Shown here in pieces: positions 12,756 to 25,205 of a stretch of 64,000 bases of DNA (position 1 is the first letter of the stretch; the number at the start of each line of letters is the position of its first letter). The notes under the pieces were generated by a model. The model saw nothing but the letters and a program-made list of their open reading frames with translations. It was not told the DNA's origin and searched no databases. Location: NCBI GenBank assembly GCA_000934665.2, contig KZ538627.1, positions 62,001-126,000 on the forward strand, in the 5' to 3' direction. Made by a program: the position numbers and the translations under genes. This DNA comes from Catajapyx aquilonaris. Its lineage: Eukaryota.

Positions 12756-15700
12756 NNNNNNNNNNNNNNNNNNNNNNNNNNNNNNNNNNNNNNNNNNNNN
12801 NNNNNNNNNNNNNNNNNNNNNNNNNNNNNNNNNNNNNNNNNNNNNNNNNNNNNNNNNNNNNNNNNNNNNNNNNNNNNNNNNNNNNNNNNNNNNNNNNNNN
12901 NNNNNNNNNNNNNNNNNNNNNNNNNNNNNNNNNNNNNNNNNNNNNNNNNNNNNNNNNNNNNNNNNNNNNNNNNNNNNNNNNNNNNNNNNNNNNNNNNNNC
13001 CCCCCCCCCCCACCTTTTTTTCTGTGTGTGGCTAAAACCCCATCGAGCCGATCCATTTCGGGCGGTAATAGGTCTTTGGGGAATAAGGCATCAATGATAT
13101 CAGGCTTGCAGGCGGCGCATGCCTCCCAGGCTGTAAGGCACTAAAGCAACCACTTTTCGCATTTATTTCATCCCTACCTCTCCCTCTCTCTCTCTCTCTC
13201 TCTCTGAGCTGGATTGCCCCGGGGCGAGCACTGTGTTCCAGCCTGGAAAATTTTTTGGCAAATGGGGCTGGCCCGGGAGTCTGGACACCCATTTGTTTCA
13301 GGCTGGAAAAGAGAGAAGGGTGGGTTCAGACGCAGAGAGGTTCAGAGCTACCCAATCACCAAGAGGCTTTCGAGTTAAAAATAACATGGTCGTCAAAATG
13401 ATAATGAAAGCAGAAGTTATATCCGAGTAGCACTTTTTGTAAGAAGTTATAGCGGAGTTACATCTCTTGAAAGCAGTTGCAACATAGTAGCAGTTCTTGA
13501 AAGATGTTGTAACAGAGTTAGGTGAAGTGAGGTTAGTGAATACACGGGGTAAGTGCATAAACTGGCCGCCATATTGGTATGAAAATGGCTGACATGCTCA
13601 CCTCTTGTGGGGATGTGATGTGCAGCTACACAAAAGAGTGCCTGACGTGTTTTGGTGTCGTCAGCCATTTTTATTCCAATGTGGCGGCCCCGTGTATGCA
13701 CTTACCCCGTGTATGCACTTACCCCACTTCACCTTAGCTGGTTTTAACCTATTTTAGCAGAGTAGCTGTTCCTTTAAGCAGCGATAACAGGCTAACCGTG
13801 CTTTTAATCAATTAAAACAACAGCAGTTAGTTTATCAGGTTCTAACAACAGCAGTGAGTTTAACAAGTTATAACAGCAGCAGTTCTGTTAACTAGTATAA
13901 CAAAGTAGACATTCTTTTAACTTGTTAAAAGCACTGCTAGTATATTATCATTGCTTGAAACAGAGTAGCTCTTTTCTTAAGATTAAATTCAGACTAGCAG
14001 TTATTTTAACAAATTATAGCAGCAATTCTGTTCAACAGTTAACCAAGTAGCTGTTCTTTTAAGCAGTGATAACACACTGGAAGTGCATTTAACCAGTTAA
14101 AACAAAGTAGCTGTTCTTTTAGAGTAATAACCGACTAGCTGTTCTTTTAGAGTAATAACCGACTAGCTGTTCTTTTAGAGTAACAGACCAGCAGTTACTT
14201 TAGCAAGTTATAGCAAACCAGCAGTTACTTTAACAAGTTATAGCAGACCAGCAGTTACTTTAACAAGTTATAGCAGACCAGCAGTTACTTTAACAAGTTA
14301 TAGCAGACCAGCAGTTACTTTAACAAGTCATAGCAGACCACAGTTACTATAAACAAGTTATAGCAGACCAGCAGTTACTTTAACAAGTTATAACAACAAC
14401 CGTTCTCAGTTACAGCAAAGTAGCTGTTCTTTTAAGCAGTGATAACATGTAACATATTTAACTAGTTATAACAGCGCGGCTGTTCTTTTAGGAGTGACAA
14501 CAGACTAGCAATTCTTTTAACCAGTGATAACAGGATAGCAGGACTTAAGAGCAGCTGTACCAGAGTAACTACTTTGAGTTATTTGCCCCAATAAATATTA
14601 TGCACTGTTATCAGCCGGATTTTCGACATTTTCTCCTTCCTTGACCACCTTGTACATACTGTGGACTTATTCGTACACGGAAGGTCATCCTAATGCGGTA
14701 TTGGAAACCTGATATTTTGCACGCCTCCAGCATGCTCAGAGCCTTAAAAACTGTGCAACCCACTCCGGACACCCGGATTTTTTAAAAAAACGCACTGTAT
14801 TTAGTCTCCCACCTTTAAAAATCTGGAATCCTTTGGCAAGCTTTGCACCAATCCCCCGTATATCCCCTGGGCTTGAGAAAAGAAATCAATGCGGCGATAA
14901 GCGATTGAATACATATTTCCGTCAATGGACGGGGGTAAAGTTCCCATAGGAATCCCAGCAGGTGCTCTCCTCTTCCTTTTTTTTATCCCGATTTACTCCC
15001 GAGTCCCAGTTCCCGAAAAAAAAGGACCCGGCCACATGCCGCCATTTTCCTCTTATTAATGTATCAAAATTCCTGCCGCATCTCCAAGCACCGAAGGTCA
15101 GGTCAGGTTGGGCATGTAGCCAACTCTTTAATATTTTCTATAAAAAGTGCATGCATTTTTAAATAATTTTAAATTTTTAAATAAATCGCAGGATGCCAAC
15201 AGCTGTGACCGCTAATTATTATTATTTTTTTGGTTGGCATCCTGACCCAGATTTGGCTACAGATTGGTTCAGATTAGGTTGGTGCAAATGGATGCTGGAC
15301 GTGACTTGTGACCTGCGACCGTCTTTTTGGTAGGAAGGTGGAGCAAGGATGGGAGTTGACAAATGGGGGCGAATAAAAGGGGCTCATCTGTCCCGCCGCT
15401 TTTGGTCTCCCAGGAGCATCCTCCTTTCACTCTCTCGGTCGCGACACGTTCGGAGACTCAGCAAACGGAGATGTCGAGAAAGTGGGTTGGATGTCGGGGA
15501 AGGAACGTTCACATGGGCCAGGACTGGACCAGGAACGGCCGATGTAATAGCAGTTATTTTTATCTGCGGAGCTGTTTGCGTACAAGCGCTCTTTTCTGTG
15601 AAGAGTTAGGTTAGGTTACATAGCATTTCCGAACTGTTTAGCTTAGCATTCAAAAGTTACAGCTATTTAAATACGTTTTTAGATAGTAGCTGTTGTTGAA

Positions 15701-18700
15701 ATCCGTTCCTGAAAGTAGCAGTTCCTTAAAGCAATTAACAGAGCAGCAGAACCTGCATGTACTGTACGAGCCTGCATGAACCAGCACACCTGTACGAACC
15801 TGCATGTACTCGTAGTTCACAAAGTAGCGGTTACTGACAAATGTTAACAAAGTAGCAGTTCTTGGCATCAGTTAACGAAGTAGCAGTTCTTGGCATCGGT
15901 TAACGAAGTAGGTAGCAATTCTTGACATCAGTTAATGAAGTAGTAGTTCTTGGCATCAGTTACGATGTAGGTAGCAGTTCTTGACATCAGTTAACAAAGT
16001 TAACTAATTATTACAGAGTAGCTGTTCCAGTAAGCAGTGATAACAGGCAACATGTGCTTTTAACCAGTTGTAACAGATTAGCTGTTTTCTAAGCAATGAT
16101 AACACACGAGCCGTGCTTTTAACCACTTAAGACAGAGTTGCTGTTCTCTTAAGAGTAAATTTTATTAATCATTCTGTGTTCGGAAACTATTTAACATTTG
16201 AACTACAGAAATAGCAGTCTTCATGTCACGTCCATCTCAGACTATCAGTTCTGTTAACGAGTTATAACAACAGCAGTTCTGTTAACGAGCTATAACCACG
16301 GCAGTTTTGTTAACAAGTTATAACAAAGTAGTAGTTCTTGAAAGTAGCTAACAAAGTAGCCGTTCTGAACAGCAGTTAACGAAGTAGAAGTTATTGACAT
16401 CAGATGTCAAAGTCGCGTTTTGAACAACAGTTAACAAAGTAGCGGTTCTTAAAGGCAGTTACCAGAAAGCAGTCCTTGACAGCAGTTCACCAAATAGCAG
16501 TTATCGACACCAATATTAACAAAGTATCAGTTCGTGACAGCAGTCCCAATACTTGAAAAGAGTTAACGAATTAGTAATTCTTGAAAGCAGCTAACAAAGT
16601 AGCGGTTCTTGACAGCCGTTAACAAAGTTGCAGTTCTGAACAGCAGTAAACGAAGTAGAAGTTCTTGGCAAAAGTTAACGAAGTAGCGGTACTTAACACC
16701 AGTTAGCAAAGAAGCAATTCTTGACAACAGTTAGCAAAGCAGCAGTTCTTGGCTTAAGTTAACGAAGTAGCGGTTCTGAACAGCAGAGTAGCCATTCTTG
16801 ACAACTGTTATAACAAAGTAGCTTCGTTCGTCCAACCTCTTAGCTGGCCGTTAAGAGTTAACTGGTTCAACTGCCACATTCCAAGCTTTTTTACAGACGG
16901 TTAGGCGTAACTGCAGTTGCACTTAACACAATGGGGTATCAACAATGAAGGCTGCAGGTGTGGAGTATTATGCTGTACAATCTGTTACGAGCATTACAGC
17001 TGGTACACTGTATGTAGGTCGACAAGTACATGCATCCTCCTCACCCCACCTCTCTCCAGACAGCTTTTGAAGTAAAGGATGAAGAGTAATACGCAACACG
17101 TGCAGGTCATACGTTCTGACCCGGGGGGTTGGAAATAATAAGGACTTGATTTTTGCACCCTTCCGTCATTGTCAACAAAATACACGTCGACGGGGAGGGT
17201 GGGAGGGTGGGAGTGTTTAAAAAATAGGTGGGGGAAGGAGGAGGAGAAGGTGGCAAAAAAATGGCGCTGGCAGCAAGCAGGATGATTAACGAGTCAAGCC
17301 CACCCCACACCTCCCTTTCCACTAGTGACAAGCGTCCAACAAATGGCTGCCGCCAGAGGGGATGGCAAGTGGGGGAAAGCGGGGAGTGATGGCGGGGGGA
17401 AAGTGGGGGGGAAAAAGAAAAGTCCTTTGGCCACATCGATAAAGAGAGAAGGCCTCCCCTGGAAATGGGCGTGCCTTTTTGCAATTACATCTAACACTCT
17501 CCTCAATTGAATGCTCGTTTTTCGACCCGAAGGTTTGACCAAGTTCCTAATAAAAAATGGCGGCCCACCCCCGGACACCCATTTGCAAAAATGGCGGGAC
17601 CCGGAAAAACCTTTGAATCCATCAATTGGTAGAGAAAGAAAAAAAAAGGGCAATTGGAAAGTTTGGGGGTCTCCAGGTCTCACTATCGCGATTCATTGGG
17701 TACGTGATAACACAAAAAAAAGATGTTGAAAAATGGGTATGAAACGGGCACGAAACCATCGTTACCAGTTGATTACACCACATTTTCACGGCTACTCTTT
17801 CGTAACGGGAGACCCCGCACTTTTACTTACTATTCTGAAGGATATGCGTGGATCAGCTGAAGGATAACGTGTGTATCCGCCAGAAGGAAGGTTAGGTCAT
17901 GAATCGTATGGAAATAATGCCACTTCGTATAGCAGACCATAGTCCCACTCCAGATAATAGGAATTAGCGATTTTAACAACTTTTAACGAAAAAATTCACG
18001 TTAAAATATCGACGGAAAAATGGTCGTTATACACTTCTTTACGTGAAGCTGCTTGGAACAGTTACTTTTAATATTTATTTTTACAGGCTATATTTATTTA
18101 CCTAAATGTAGCCTGTAGCAGGCGCCAGCAGGATTAACTAATATTTCATGCTAATATTATTAACAACCTCGTGACCGTTACAAATAATGAGCAGCTTAGT
18201 AGGTAACAATAGTGCAAACTGCAGGTTTAGTTTGTTAAACGGTTGGTTAAAAGCGTGCATATAATATGACCCATATTAACTATTATTCATGCCCTTTTTA
18301 AAAATACCAAGCATTAAACTTTCTAAGAAATCCTGCAACTCCGCATAACTCAATGAAAATGGTTCCTACATATAGAAAGAGTGCTCTCGTTTAAGTTGTT
18401 GCTAGCAGATATTGAAATACCTTCCTTTGATCAGATCGTCAAACGACACTTCAAAAAACCCAGGCATGTCCGCCTCTAGAATAACGTAACTAATAAATGC
18501 AAAATGTCCGCATTCTTAACAAAAGTGACCTCCAAATGTAGGGCATCCAAAAAATGGTCAACAAATCATGTCCTAACCTGACATGTTATCGCCCAAGCCG
18601 ATACTTTGCCTAGTTTACAATATCTCGGTATCGATATATCGATTCGCATGCTAATACTTGAAAGAATGAGAAAAAGTCTCATCGAATCATGCTCATGTAA

Positions 18701-21404
18701 TATATATGACGATCTTGTTTATATTTGGGATTCTCTGCGGGTCAGGTAACTGGTGTTGGGTGGATTAACCAGCAGGACAATTCCTACTCTCCACATAACT
18801 ATATTCTAGCTAGTATGGACGCAATGCTTTCTTGTCCTCTCGTGAAAAATGAAGAAAATGGACTTAGGCAGCTTTGCAAACGAGCTCCTCATATGAGCAA
18901 ACGTATCATCTGATTACCTAGCTTGAATCATCCTACCCTGTACTTAGGTCTACTTTAACTCCATCCATCCAACTGCAACATTTAGCAGCATCCTGGTCCT
19001 AATCGGTTACGGATGTGCTTCTGCCTTGCATGCATAATTATGCAAGTGCCTCGAAACCAAGCCCACTTTTCTCCATGTATTGACCCCCAAGCACTTGAAT
19101 CATTCAGGAAGTAATAAGACGTGTGTTGATTCAGACAGCGTTTGGCTTCATAACCTGGGAAGGTGCATCTAAAAATAATTAAAAGTGTAATTAAAACCTG
19201 TATTTTATAGCAGATCGCTTCAGGTCTGCTACCTTACTCCTTTAAAGTGACTGTACCTCTCAAGTAAGAAGGTCTGCAACTATATACACACCCTCCTCGT
19301 TATGGCTACTTTTCAGGGGAGATGATCATCTCGAGCGAGAAGTACGAGGTGAAAGAGACCACCAAGTCCATGTTCGAGGTGAAGATGACCCTGAGCATCA
19401 AGAGCTTCCGCAACGGCGATGTCGGAAGCTACCGATGCATCGCCAAGAACTCTCTTGGAGACGTGGAGAGCAACATAAGACTGTACGGTAAGTTTCAAAC
19501 CAAGCAGACATCCGCAAACTCTCTGTGCTCGCGATTAGAACTGCAAGTATTATACCGGACAGCTATTTCTAACCTCTCCTCCCAACCCCATCCGACTTTC
19601 ATTAATTATATGCTACTTACGGCGGGATTAAACATTTAGCTGACTCGAGGGCAAAACCCAGGCCTCGCCATTCCAAGGCCCCAAATTGTTTCTGCAAATT
19701 CGCCGCAAAAGATGCGCGAAACAAGCCGCGAGAGATAGTGCAAGTTTCTGCCAAGTCTACGGAAATAGCTGGGGAAAACTTTGGATACAAAATGGCCGTC
19801 GAGTCTGGCCATTTTGGGTCTAGTGTGCAGATTGAACATCCATACGTTTTGATTTTATTCATATTATTTTATTTATTATTTTATTCATATTATTTTATTT
19901 GTTATTTTATTCATATTATTTTATTTATTATTTTATTCATATTATTTTATTTATTATTTTATATATAATTTTATACCTATTTTATTTATTATTTTATATA
20001 TTATTTTATACCTATTTTATTTATTATTTTATACCTATTTTATTTATTATTTATACCTATTTTATTTATTATTTTATTCATATTATTTTATTTATTATTT
20101 TATTCATATTATTTTATTTTTTATTTTATTTTTTATTTTATACCTATTTTATTTATTATTTATACCTATTTTATTTATTATTTTATTCATATTATTTTAT
20201 TTATTATTTTATACCTATTTTATTTATTATTTTATACCTATTTTATTTATTATTTTATAGCTGTTTTATTTATTATTTTATAGCCGTTTTATTTATTATT
20301 TTATAGCTATTTTATAGCTATTTTATTTGTTATTTTATAGCTATTTTATAGCTATTTTATTTGTTATTTTATAGCTATTTTATTTGTTATTTTATAGCTA
20401 TTTTATAGCTATTTTATTTGTTATTTTATAGCTATTTTATTTACTATTATTTTGCATATACTGAGGGATGGAGTTGCCCTTTGTCTTCGTGATGCTGTAT
20501 GGCTTTTTTGTTACCGCAACCGTACTGTCCATTCCTGTGGCCCTGCCAGGCACGGTACGTCGCCCGTGCGTGATATTTGTAGTTTATGCGGAGCAGGGCG
20601 CTTACTGTGGGTTTCTGTATCCGCAACATTTACTGTCCGTCTTGTGGCGCCGCAGGCCAACGAACGTTATTGTGGCTTTGCCCACCACGACGAATATGTC
20701 ACGGGGGCCAATTTTCCGGGGGATAAAGGGTCCGGGGGCGAAACGGCGGGGGCGAAAAGTCCGAGACCCATTTTATTTACTATTATTTATAGATATTTGA
20801 TTTATAATTTTATTTGCTTAATTTTTTGCCATTTTATATTATTTGTTAGTTAATTTGCGATTTATGTAACTTGTAATTTTATTTGCTATTTTATTTTATA
20901 TTAGCAGTATTTTACTCTTAATTTGATATTCATGTCATTTTATATAATTTTATATAATTGATAATAATTCCAACCATGCAAGTTGCGCGCACTGTGTTGC
21001 TCGGTTGCGCTCATAAAAAAATTATCTACATATTATAAATTTATGATCCATGTTTTAATAGATATACCGTATTATTTTAATTACACGCAGAGATCAAGCT
21101 GCCAACCCGCATAACCATGACCACCCGAGAAGAGGCGAGCGTGTACGACGACGAGGACTACCCGGAACAAGCGGGTTCGGCCGAGAAGTTCGAGGAGAAG
21201 TCAAACGCAGTTCACAGGGGCGAGAGCTCCGTTTTTCCCGGGGGAGGAGGGCTGGAGTCATCCGGCTCTTCGCACCAATCATCCCCTGGAGCCGAGAACC
21301 AGATCCCGCCGCCGTCTGAAGACGCCTCAACCAGCGCGGCAGCCGGATACCTCTTATTTCCAACCCTTCTCTTGTGCCTCTCGTTGCTCTGGGTACAAGC
21401 GTAA
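3793..21404 (+). CDS. DIP-alpha: 3' partial multi-exon gene: Dpr-interacting protein (DIP)/lachesin-like GPI-anchored Ig cell adhesion protein; join(3793..3921,7400..7519,19317..19487,21091..21404), about 244 aa visible
   Basis: The four exons splice in frame with GT-AG sites, all phase 1, giving ...PVYEGQILKLPKISRTDMGAYFCIASNGVPPSVSKRIMVNVHFHPVIHVPNQLVGAPVDTDVLLECYVEASPRSINYWMRDTGEMIISSEKYEVKETTKSMFEVKMTLSIKSFRNGDVGSYRCIAKNSLGDVESNIRLYEIKLP... The motifs CIASNGVPPSVSKR, VPNQLVGAP, SINYW and CIAKNSLG are DIP-family hallmarks. The Ig3 segment closely resembles Drosophila DIP-alpha as I remember it; the family call is firm, the specific orthologue less so. Confidence 0.9.
4640..5112. repeat. 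AACCT/AGGTT (TTAGG-like) island with internal inversions
   Basis: Tandem aggttataaccttaacctaagctaacctc units and an inverted taacctcacagtaacctaacct / aggttaggttactgtgaggtta pair. Confidence 0.85.
5197..5271. mobile_element. Very short PIF/Harbinger-like MITE
   Basis: TAA-ggcctgatttct...agaaatcgggcc-TAA: 3-bp TAA duplication and GGC termini, 75 bp. Confidence 0.65.
6352..6558. mobile_element. MITE family A, second full copy
   Basis: Near-identical to 3194-3407 and flanked by TA on both sides. Confidence 0.9.
7400..7519 (+). CDS. DIP-alpha: DIP exon B (N-terminal half of Ig3)
   Basis: Polypyrimidine tract with cccAG (AG 7398-7399) and donor GTAATC at 7520; 120 bp encoding FHPVIHVPNQLVGAPVDTDVLLECYVEASPRSINYWMRDT. 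Confidence 0.93.
7600..10200 (+). repeat. Local cluster of degenerate repeats carrying a GGATCAAATCC motif
   Basis: The motif ggatc(a/c)aatc(c/t)..ttc occurs at about 7699, 7859, 8677, 9394 and 10152; shared blocks ccagaaattgcctta (7655, 8806) and acacagtgttgca (8582, 10048). Confidence 0.65.
9150..9371 (+). mobile_element. Helitron-like 3' end (5' boundary uncertain)
   Basis: GC hairpin cccgggcaacgccggg (9345-9360) followed by gATAG|t, a one-base variant of the CTAG terminus typical of arthropod non-autonomous Helitrons. Confidence 0.5.
12714..13011. other. (CT)n microsatellite, assembly gap (N 12756-12999) and poly-C
   Basis: Directly visible. A second 2-bp gap lies at 44774-44775 next to poly-G. 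Confidence 0.98.
13400..14580. repeat. AGTAGCAGTT-family island including a 30-bp tandem array (about 14185-14395)
   Basis: Unit agaccagcagttactttaacaagttatagc repeated about 7 times within degenerate flanks. Confidence 0.9.
13521..13733. mobile_element. Fold-back MITE with TTA TSD and 17-bp subterminal repeats
   Basis: TTA-ggtgaagtgaggttagtgaatacacggggtaagtgcata...tatgcacttaccccgtgtatgcacttaccccacttcacc-TTA; the arms extend to aaaatggctgac / gtcagccatttt. Confidence 0.8.
15650..16830. repeat. AGTAGCAGTT-family degenerate satellite island
   Basis: Recurring gttaacgaagtagcagttcttgac units of about 30 bp. Confidence 0.85.
17790..17901 (+). repeat. Dispersed repeat, inverted copy at 41045-41150
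   Basis: ggctactctttcgtaacgggagacccc...ctgaaggata..tgtatccgc..gaaggaaggttaggtcatg matches the reverse complement of 41045-41150. Confidence 0.8.
19317..19487 (+). CDS. DIP-alpha: DIP exon C (C-terminal half of Ig3)
   Basis: Acceptor ttttcAG (AG 19315-19316) and donor GTAAGT at 19488; 171 bp encoding GEMIISSEKY...DVGSYRCIAKNSLGDVESNIRLY. Confidence 0.94.
19848..20450. repeat. AT-rich minisatellite (tattttatttattattttata...)
   Basis: Tandem units shifting from ttcatat to tacct to tagct variants. Confidence 0.92.
20457..20769 (+). mobile_element. Partial Mutator-like element (internal region plus right end)
   Basis: Ends in gggggcgaaa-type repeats and gtccgagaccc; internal 20514-20680 is collinear with 62949-63112. 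Confidence 0.65.
21091..21404 (+). CDS. DIP-alpha: DIP terminal coding exon (acidic/Ser-Gly linker plus GPI-anchor signal)
   Basis: Acceptor acgcAG (AG 21089-21090) restores the family motif RLYEI. The frame continues into ORF 21117-21404, ending EDASTSAAAGYLLFPTLLLCLSLLWVQA-TAA: small residues followed by a terminal hydrophobic stretch. Confidence 0.88.
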
Positions 21405-22029
21405 AAATGGACAAAATCGGACACAGTACCCGACCCAGGCTTCCAGAGTTTTGCAGGGGCAACGACCAGAAAAGGTCATCCGTACCCCCCATACCTTTGT
21501 CGCATCGCTGTTTGTACCGTACGTAAAACCCCTTTTTTCCCTCCCTGTGCGATAAGCGTGTGCCAAAAAAAAATAAGGACATGATATCTGTATACGCTTT
21601 GTTTCCAATTCCACAAAAAAAAATTAAGGGGAGTACACAAGGTGGTCATGTCACCGTTTTAGATGTGTATAGATGTGTGTGTAATACGTTGTCAACACCC
21701 CCAGATGATGATGCGAGTGGTTTCGCATAAAACGTGTGACGCCCCACAGTTTTAAAAAACTGATATAAATATGTTAACAATACAGGCCACCTTGTACATT
21801 ATGTATAGACGTACATAAAATATATATAAATATATATTATATTGGTGACGACGAGCTGTTCAGAAGTACCGGGAACGAAGGGTTAATCATTCGGAAGTGC
21901 GACAAAACTATCTGTAAAAGTGTACTAGCCAGTGTATCGCCTGGAAAAACTCATCGATATACTAGCTGAAATACCAATACTGGCAGGCATGTAAGCAATT
22001 TGTTTATTGAATTAATATAACACCAACCA

Positions 22030-22495
22030 GGAACATCGGCACACCCAGGATTATCGATATATCCATGCATATCGATGCTCACAGGAATATCGGTCCTGTA
22101 TGCCCAGGATTATCGGAATATTATGGAATATCGGTACACCCAGGAATATCGATACATTCAAGAGTATTGGTACTCTCAGAAATATCGATACATTGTGAAA
22201 TATCGATGCTCTCAGAAATATCGATATATTCAGAAATATTGATGTCAGAAATATCGATGTTGTCAGAAATATCGATATATTCAAAAATATCGATGTTGTC
22301 AGTAAAATCGATACATTCAGAAATATCGATACGTTCAGAAATATCGATACGTTCAGAAATATCGATGCGTTCAAAAATATATATTCCCAGTAATATCGAT
22401 ACATCACAGAGTATTGGTACACCCAAGAATATCGAAATATTCATGAAAATCGATACATACAATAACGTCGGTACGCACATGAGTATCGATACACC
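22030..22495. repeat. 18-bp ATCGAT-core minisatellite in the probable 3' UTR
   Basis: cagaaatatcgatacgtt-like units. Confidence 0.9.
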
Positions 22496-23467
22496 AAAAT
22501 AATAGCCGAGTAACTAACCCTTCGACCGACAGTAGACAGTACGACCTCAGGTTTTTTAAGAAAAAAAACACTATATTATCGTAGATATCAAATGAAAGAA
22601 AAAAATAGAACCCCAGCACTTTTCATTACGTGCGTGGCAAGCTGCAATTAGAGCTGGAGACAAATATTATTTTTTTTGGCCGAATTTTTTTCGAAGGCAC
22701 TAGCTTTTTTGGGAGAGGGAAAGTAATTAAAAAAATTTCTCTTACTTCCTCAGGTGAGAAAAATGTCGGACTCTTTATGAAACTGGTGGGTGAGTTTTTT
22801 AGTGGGAAGCTTTTTTTTGGAAAGACTTTTTCTTGCGAATTTCCACAACTTTTTACAATCTCTAAGTGATAGATGATAAAAACTAGTGCTTTTTGATACT
22901 CTTCATCTTCGGCCACTACCATTTTCAAGAGTAAAACCAGGGGGCCTTAACAAAGGGGGGGTTGTGTAATTATAATATCTCTTCTTGTAAACTATAGACG
23001 ACAAAAACTTACAGTATTCGCCTTCGTAAAAATACGGTCGATATTTTTGATCCCCAGCTCTAATGCAGCTTACCCATGGACCACACAAAAGGAACCTTTC
23101 TATCCTCCTCTTTCCCCCCCAAAAACTCCTGATGTATAAGCTGCTGAGTGTTTCGTGGGTTTAGAGGAGCGCTTATTTTTTATGTTTAGCCTCCCCCTAC
23201 CATCCTCCCTTCCTACATCCTACCCTCATGTTAGTCTATTCTCCGCAATAAGCCTCAGAGTAGGCAACCTCTTTCTGGTCATTAAAAAAAGATGAAGAAT
23301 GGAATTTTCGAACAGTAGTTAGGGGAAATAAACAAGGGATTACACGACAAAGATGGTGTACAAGAATATACACAAAAGACACAAACAGACAGACATACCC
23401 CTGCAAATATATACCATCAAAAAAAAAAAGCCAAAGCGATGTAAGTCTGGAACCAAAGATTGTTCTA

Positions 23468-23473
23468 AATAAA
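23468..23473 (+). promoter_or_regulatory. Candidate polyadenylation signal for the DIP gene
   Basis: AATAAA followed by a GT/T-rich tract (ttgtttgaaagttttttgtgtcttg), about 2 kb after the stop codon. Another AATAAA lies near 23327. Confidence 0.4.
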
Positions 23474-25205
23474 AATTGTTTGAAAGTTTTTTGTGTCTTG
23501 AGTTTGCATTAAATGTGGATCCACGAGCCTGAAATGTTACAAAATGCTGTTTGTTTCAATAATATTTTCACAATTATATTTCCCATATTTTCATATTTAA
23601 TATTTCCCTTATTTTCATATTTAATATTTCCCATAATATTTTCACAATTATATTTCCCATATTTTCACAATATTTCCCATAATATATTCATATTTTGTAC
23701 TGCTCATAATATTATCATTTTCACTTTATATTTATTGTATTTTCATACTTCATATTAATGAAATTTATATTAGAAATCTAAATATATTTATTTGATTTTT
23801 ATTCAGTATTCGAATTTGGATGTGTGGCGTAACTTTTAATTGAAATATTTTAAATGCCTTCTGATTTAATTATGTTTCATATTTCAATATCATGTACAGC
23901 GTTTCAGCCGAAATATGTCATTTATATCTGTTTCATATTTTCATTTATTATGAATTATGTGATTAATTTTGTAATTGCTCGTATTTCTTGTCTTCATTTA
24001 GTAATTTGATAAATTTTTCAATGTTTATTTTAAATTTTTAATCCCATTTTTATTTAATCTTCCTATACTTTTAAATATACACTTTTCAGAACCATTAGAA
24101 GCATCTGGTTCATGTTAGGCCCAGTTTATTAGTCCTTTTGTGATGTGCAGTAATTCTTCACAAGGTAAGTCTAGAGGTGTCAAATATTTCGATCGTTAAA
24201 TCGACCCAAAAGTGGATTATCGGGGAAAGGGGGGGGGGAGTAAAGTAACTGCAAATAAAACGAGGGGGTATAAAATCGATGGCTCCCTCAATTACACTCT
24301 GAGAATCGCAAAAATCCAACCCTAATTGGCCACTGTTGGCATATGATAAAAGTTGCTTCATTTGCTTTGCAAAAATTATTTTTAAACATTTCAGTATAGA
24401 TAGGGGCAATTCGTAAATATTTTCGTTACGAAAAGCTTTAAATTTTTAATGGTTAATGACTTACAGCGATGAGCTTTAAACTACAGTATGCTAAGTACAG
24501 GGCACAGTTCATGCATGCTCTGTACCTAATACGTTTTCCAGTTTTAAAAAATGTAAACATGTTAGTTATGAAAACTGTAAACCAGGTACAGTTGCTAGCA
24601 ATATTAAATATGGTATATTATGAACATGGCTCTTTTTGGGTCATGTATATTCTATGCTGTACACATCTGAAATATGCAGGTGAATATTGCGATATTAATA
24701 TGACCCACTTCAAATACTGTACTATCGCCATCCTGTTTAATGCACGCAAAGTGAGGGGCATTAAAATTGTAATAACTAATACAGAACTTAAAATGTTGTG
24801 GACATATCAAAGAGATCAGGAAGCATGCCAAAGAAATGCTAGTTCTAAATATAGATTCAAAATTTTTAGGTTGGCTATACTGTACATTTCATCCATGGCA
24901 AGTATGATGTTATTTGTAATTCGAACTAATCTGATTATTATATAATTATAATGTATTATAGTGCGTATTATATTATTAATTACGAAAGTGAACCCCTGGT
25001 GAGAAAAGAGCGAAAGAGAAAGGGAGGGACTCCCTCTCCCTCTTCTCTCTCTCCCTCTCTCACCACTTTCAATGTCATACTATTACGACTGTCAAGGTCA
25101 TATCATTGGCACTTTCAAGTTCGTATCATTACCACTTTCATCTTCGTAATATTATTACTTTCATCTTCGTAATTTTACAACTTTCAATGTCATAATATTA
25201 CCACT

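Noticed and set aside
12548..13144. ORFs spanning X runs
   Set aside because: Artefacts of the N gap and the flanking microsatellites.
15189..15243. hAT-like 12-bp inverted repeat caggatgccaac / gttggcatcctg
   Set aside because: No 8-bp TSD and only about 55 bp long; too little to call an element.
19899..20306. F/Y/I-rich membrane-like ORF (also 31432-31941)
   Set aside because: Translation of AT-rich minisatellites.
22051..22502. Repetitive ORFs (SEISI / NVSIFL; also 42411-42755)
   Set aside because: Translations of ATCGAT minisatellites.
24469..24945. 158-aa ORF in AT-rich sequence
   Set aside because: No recognisable motif and no evident splice context; consistent with a chance ORF.
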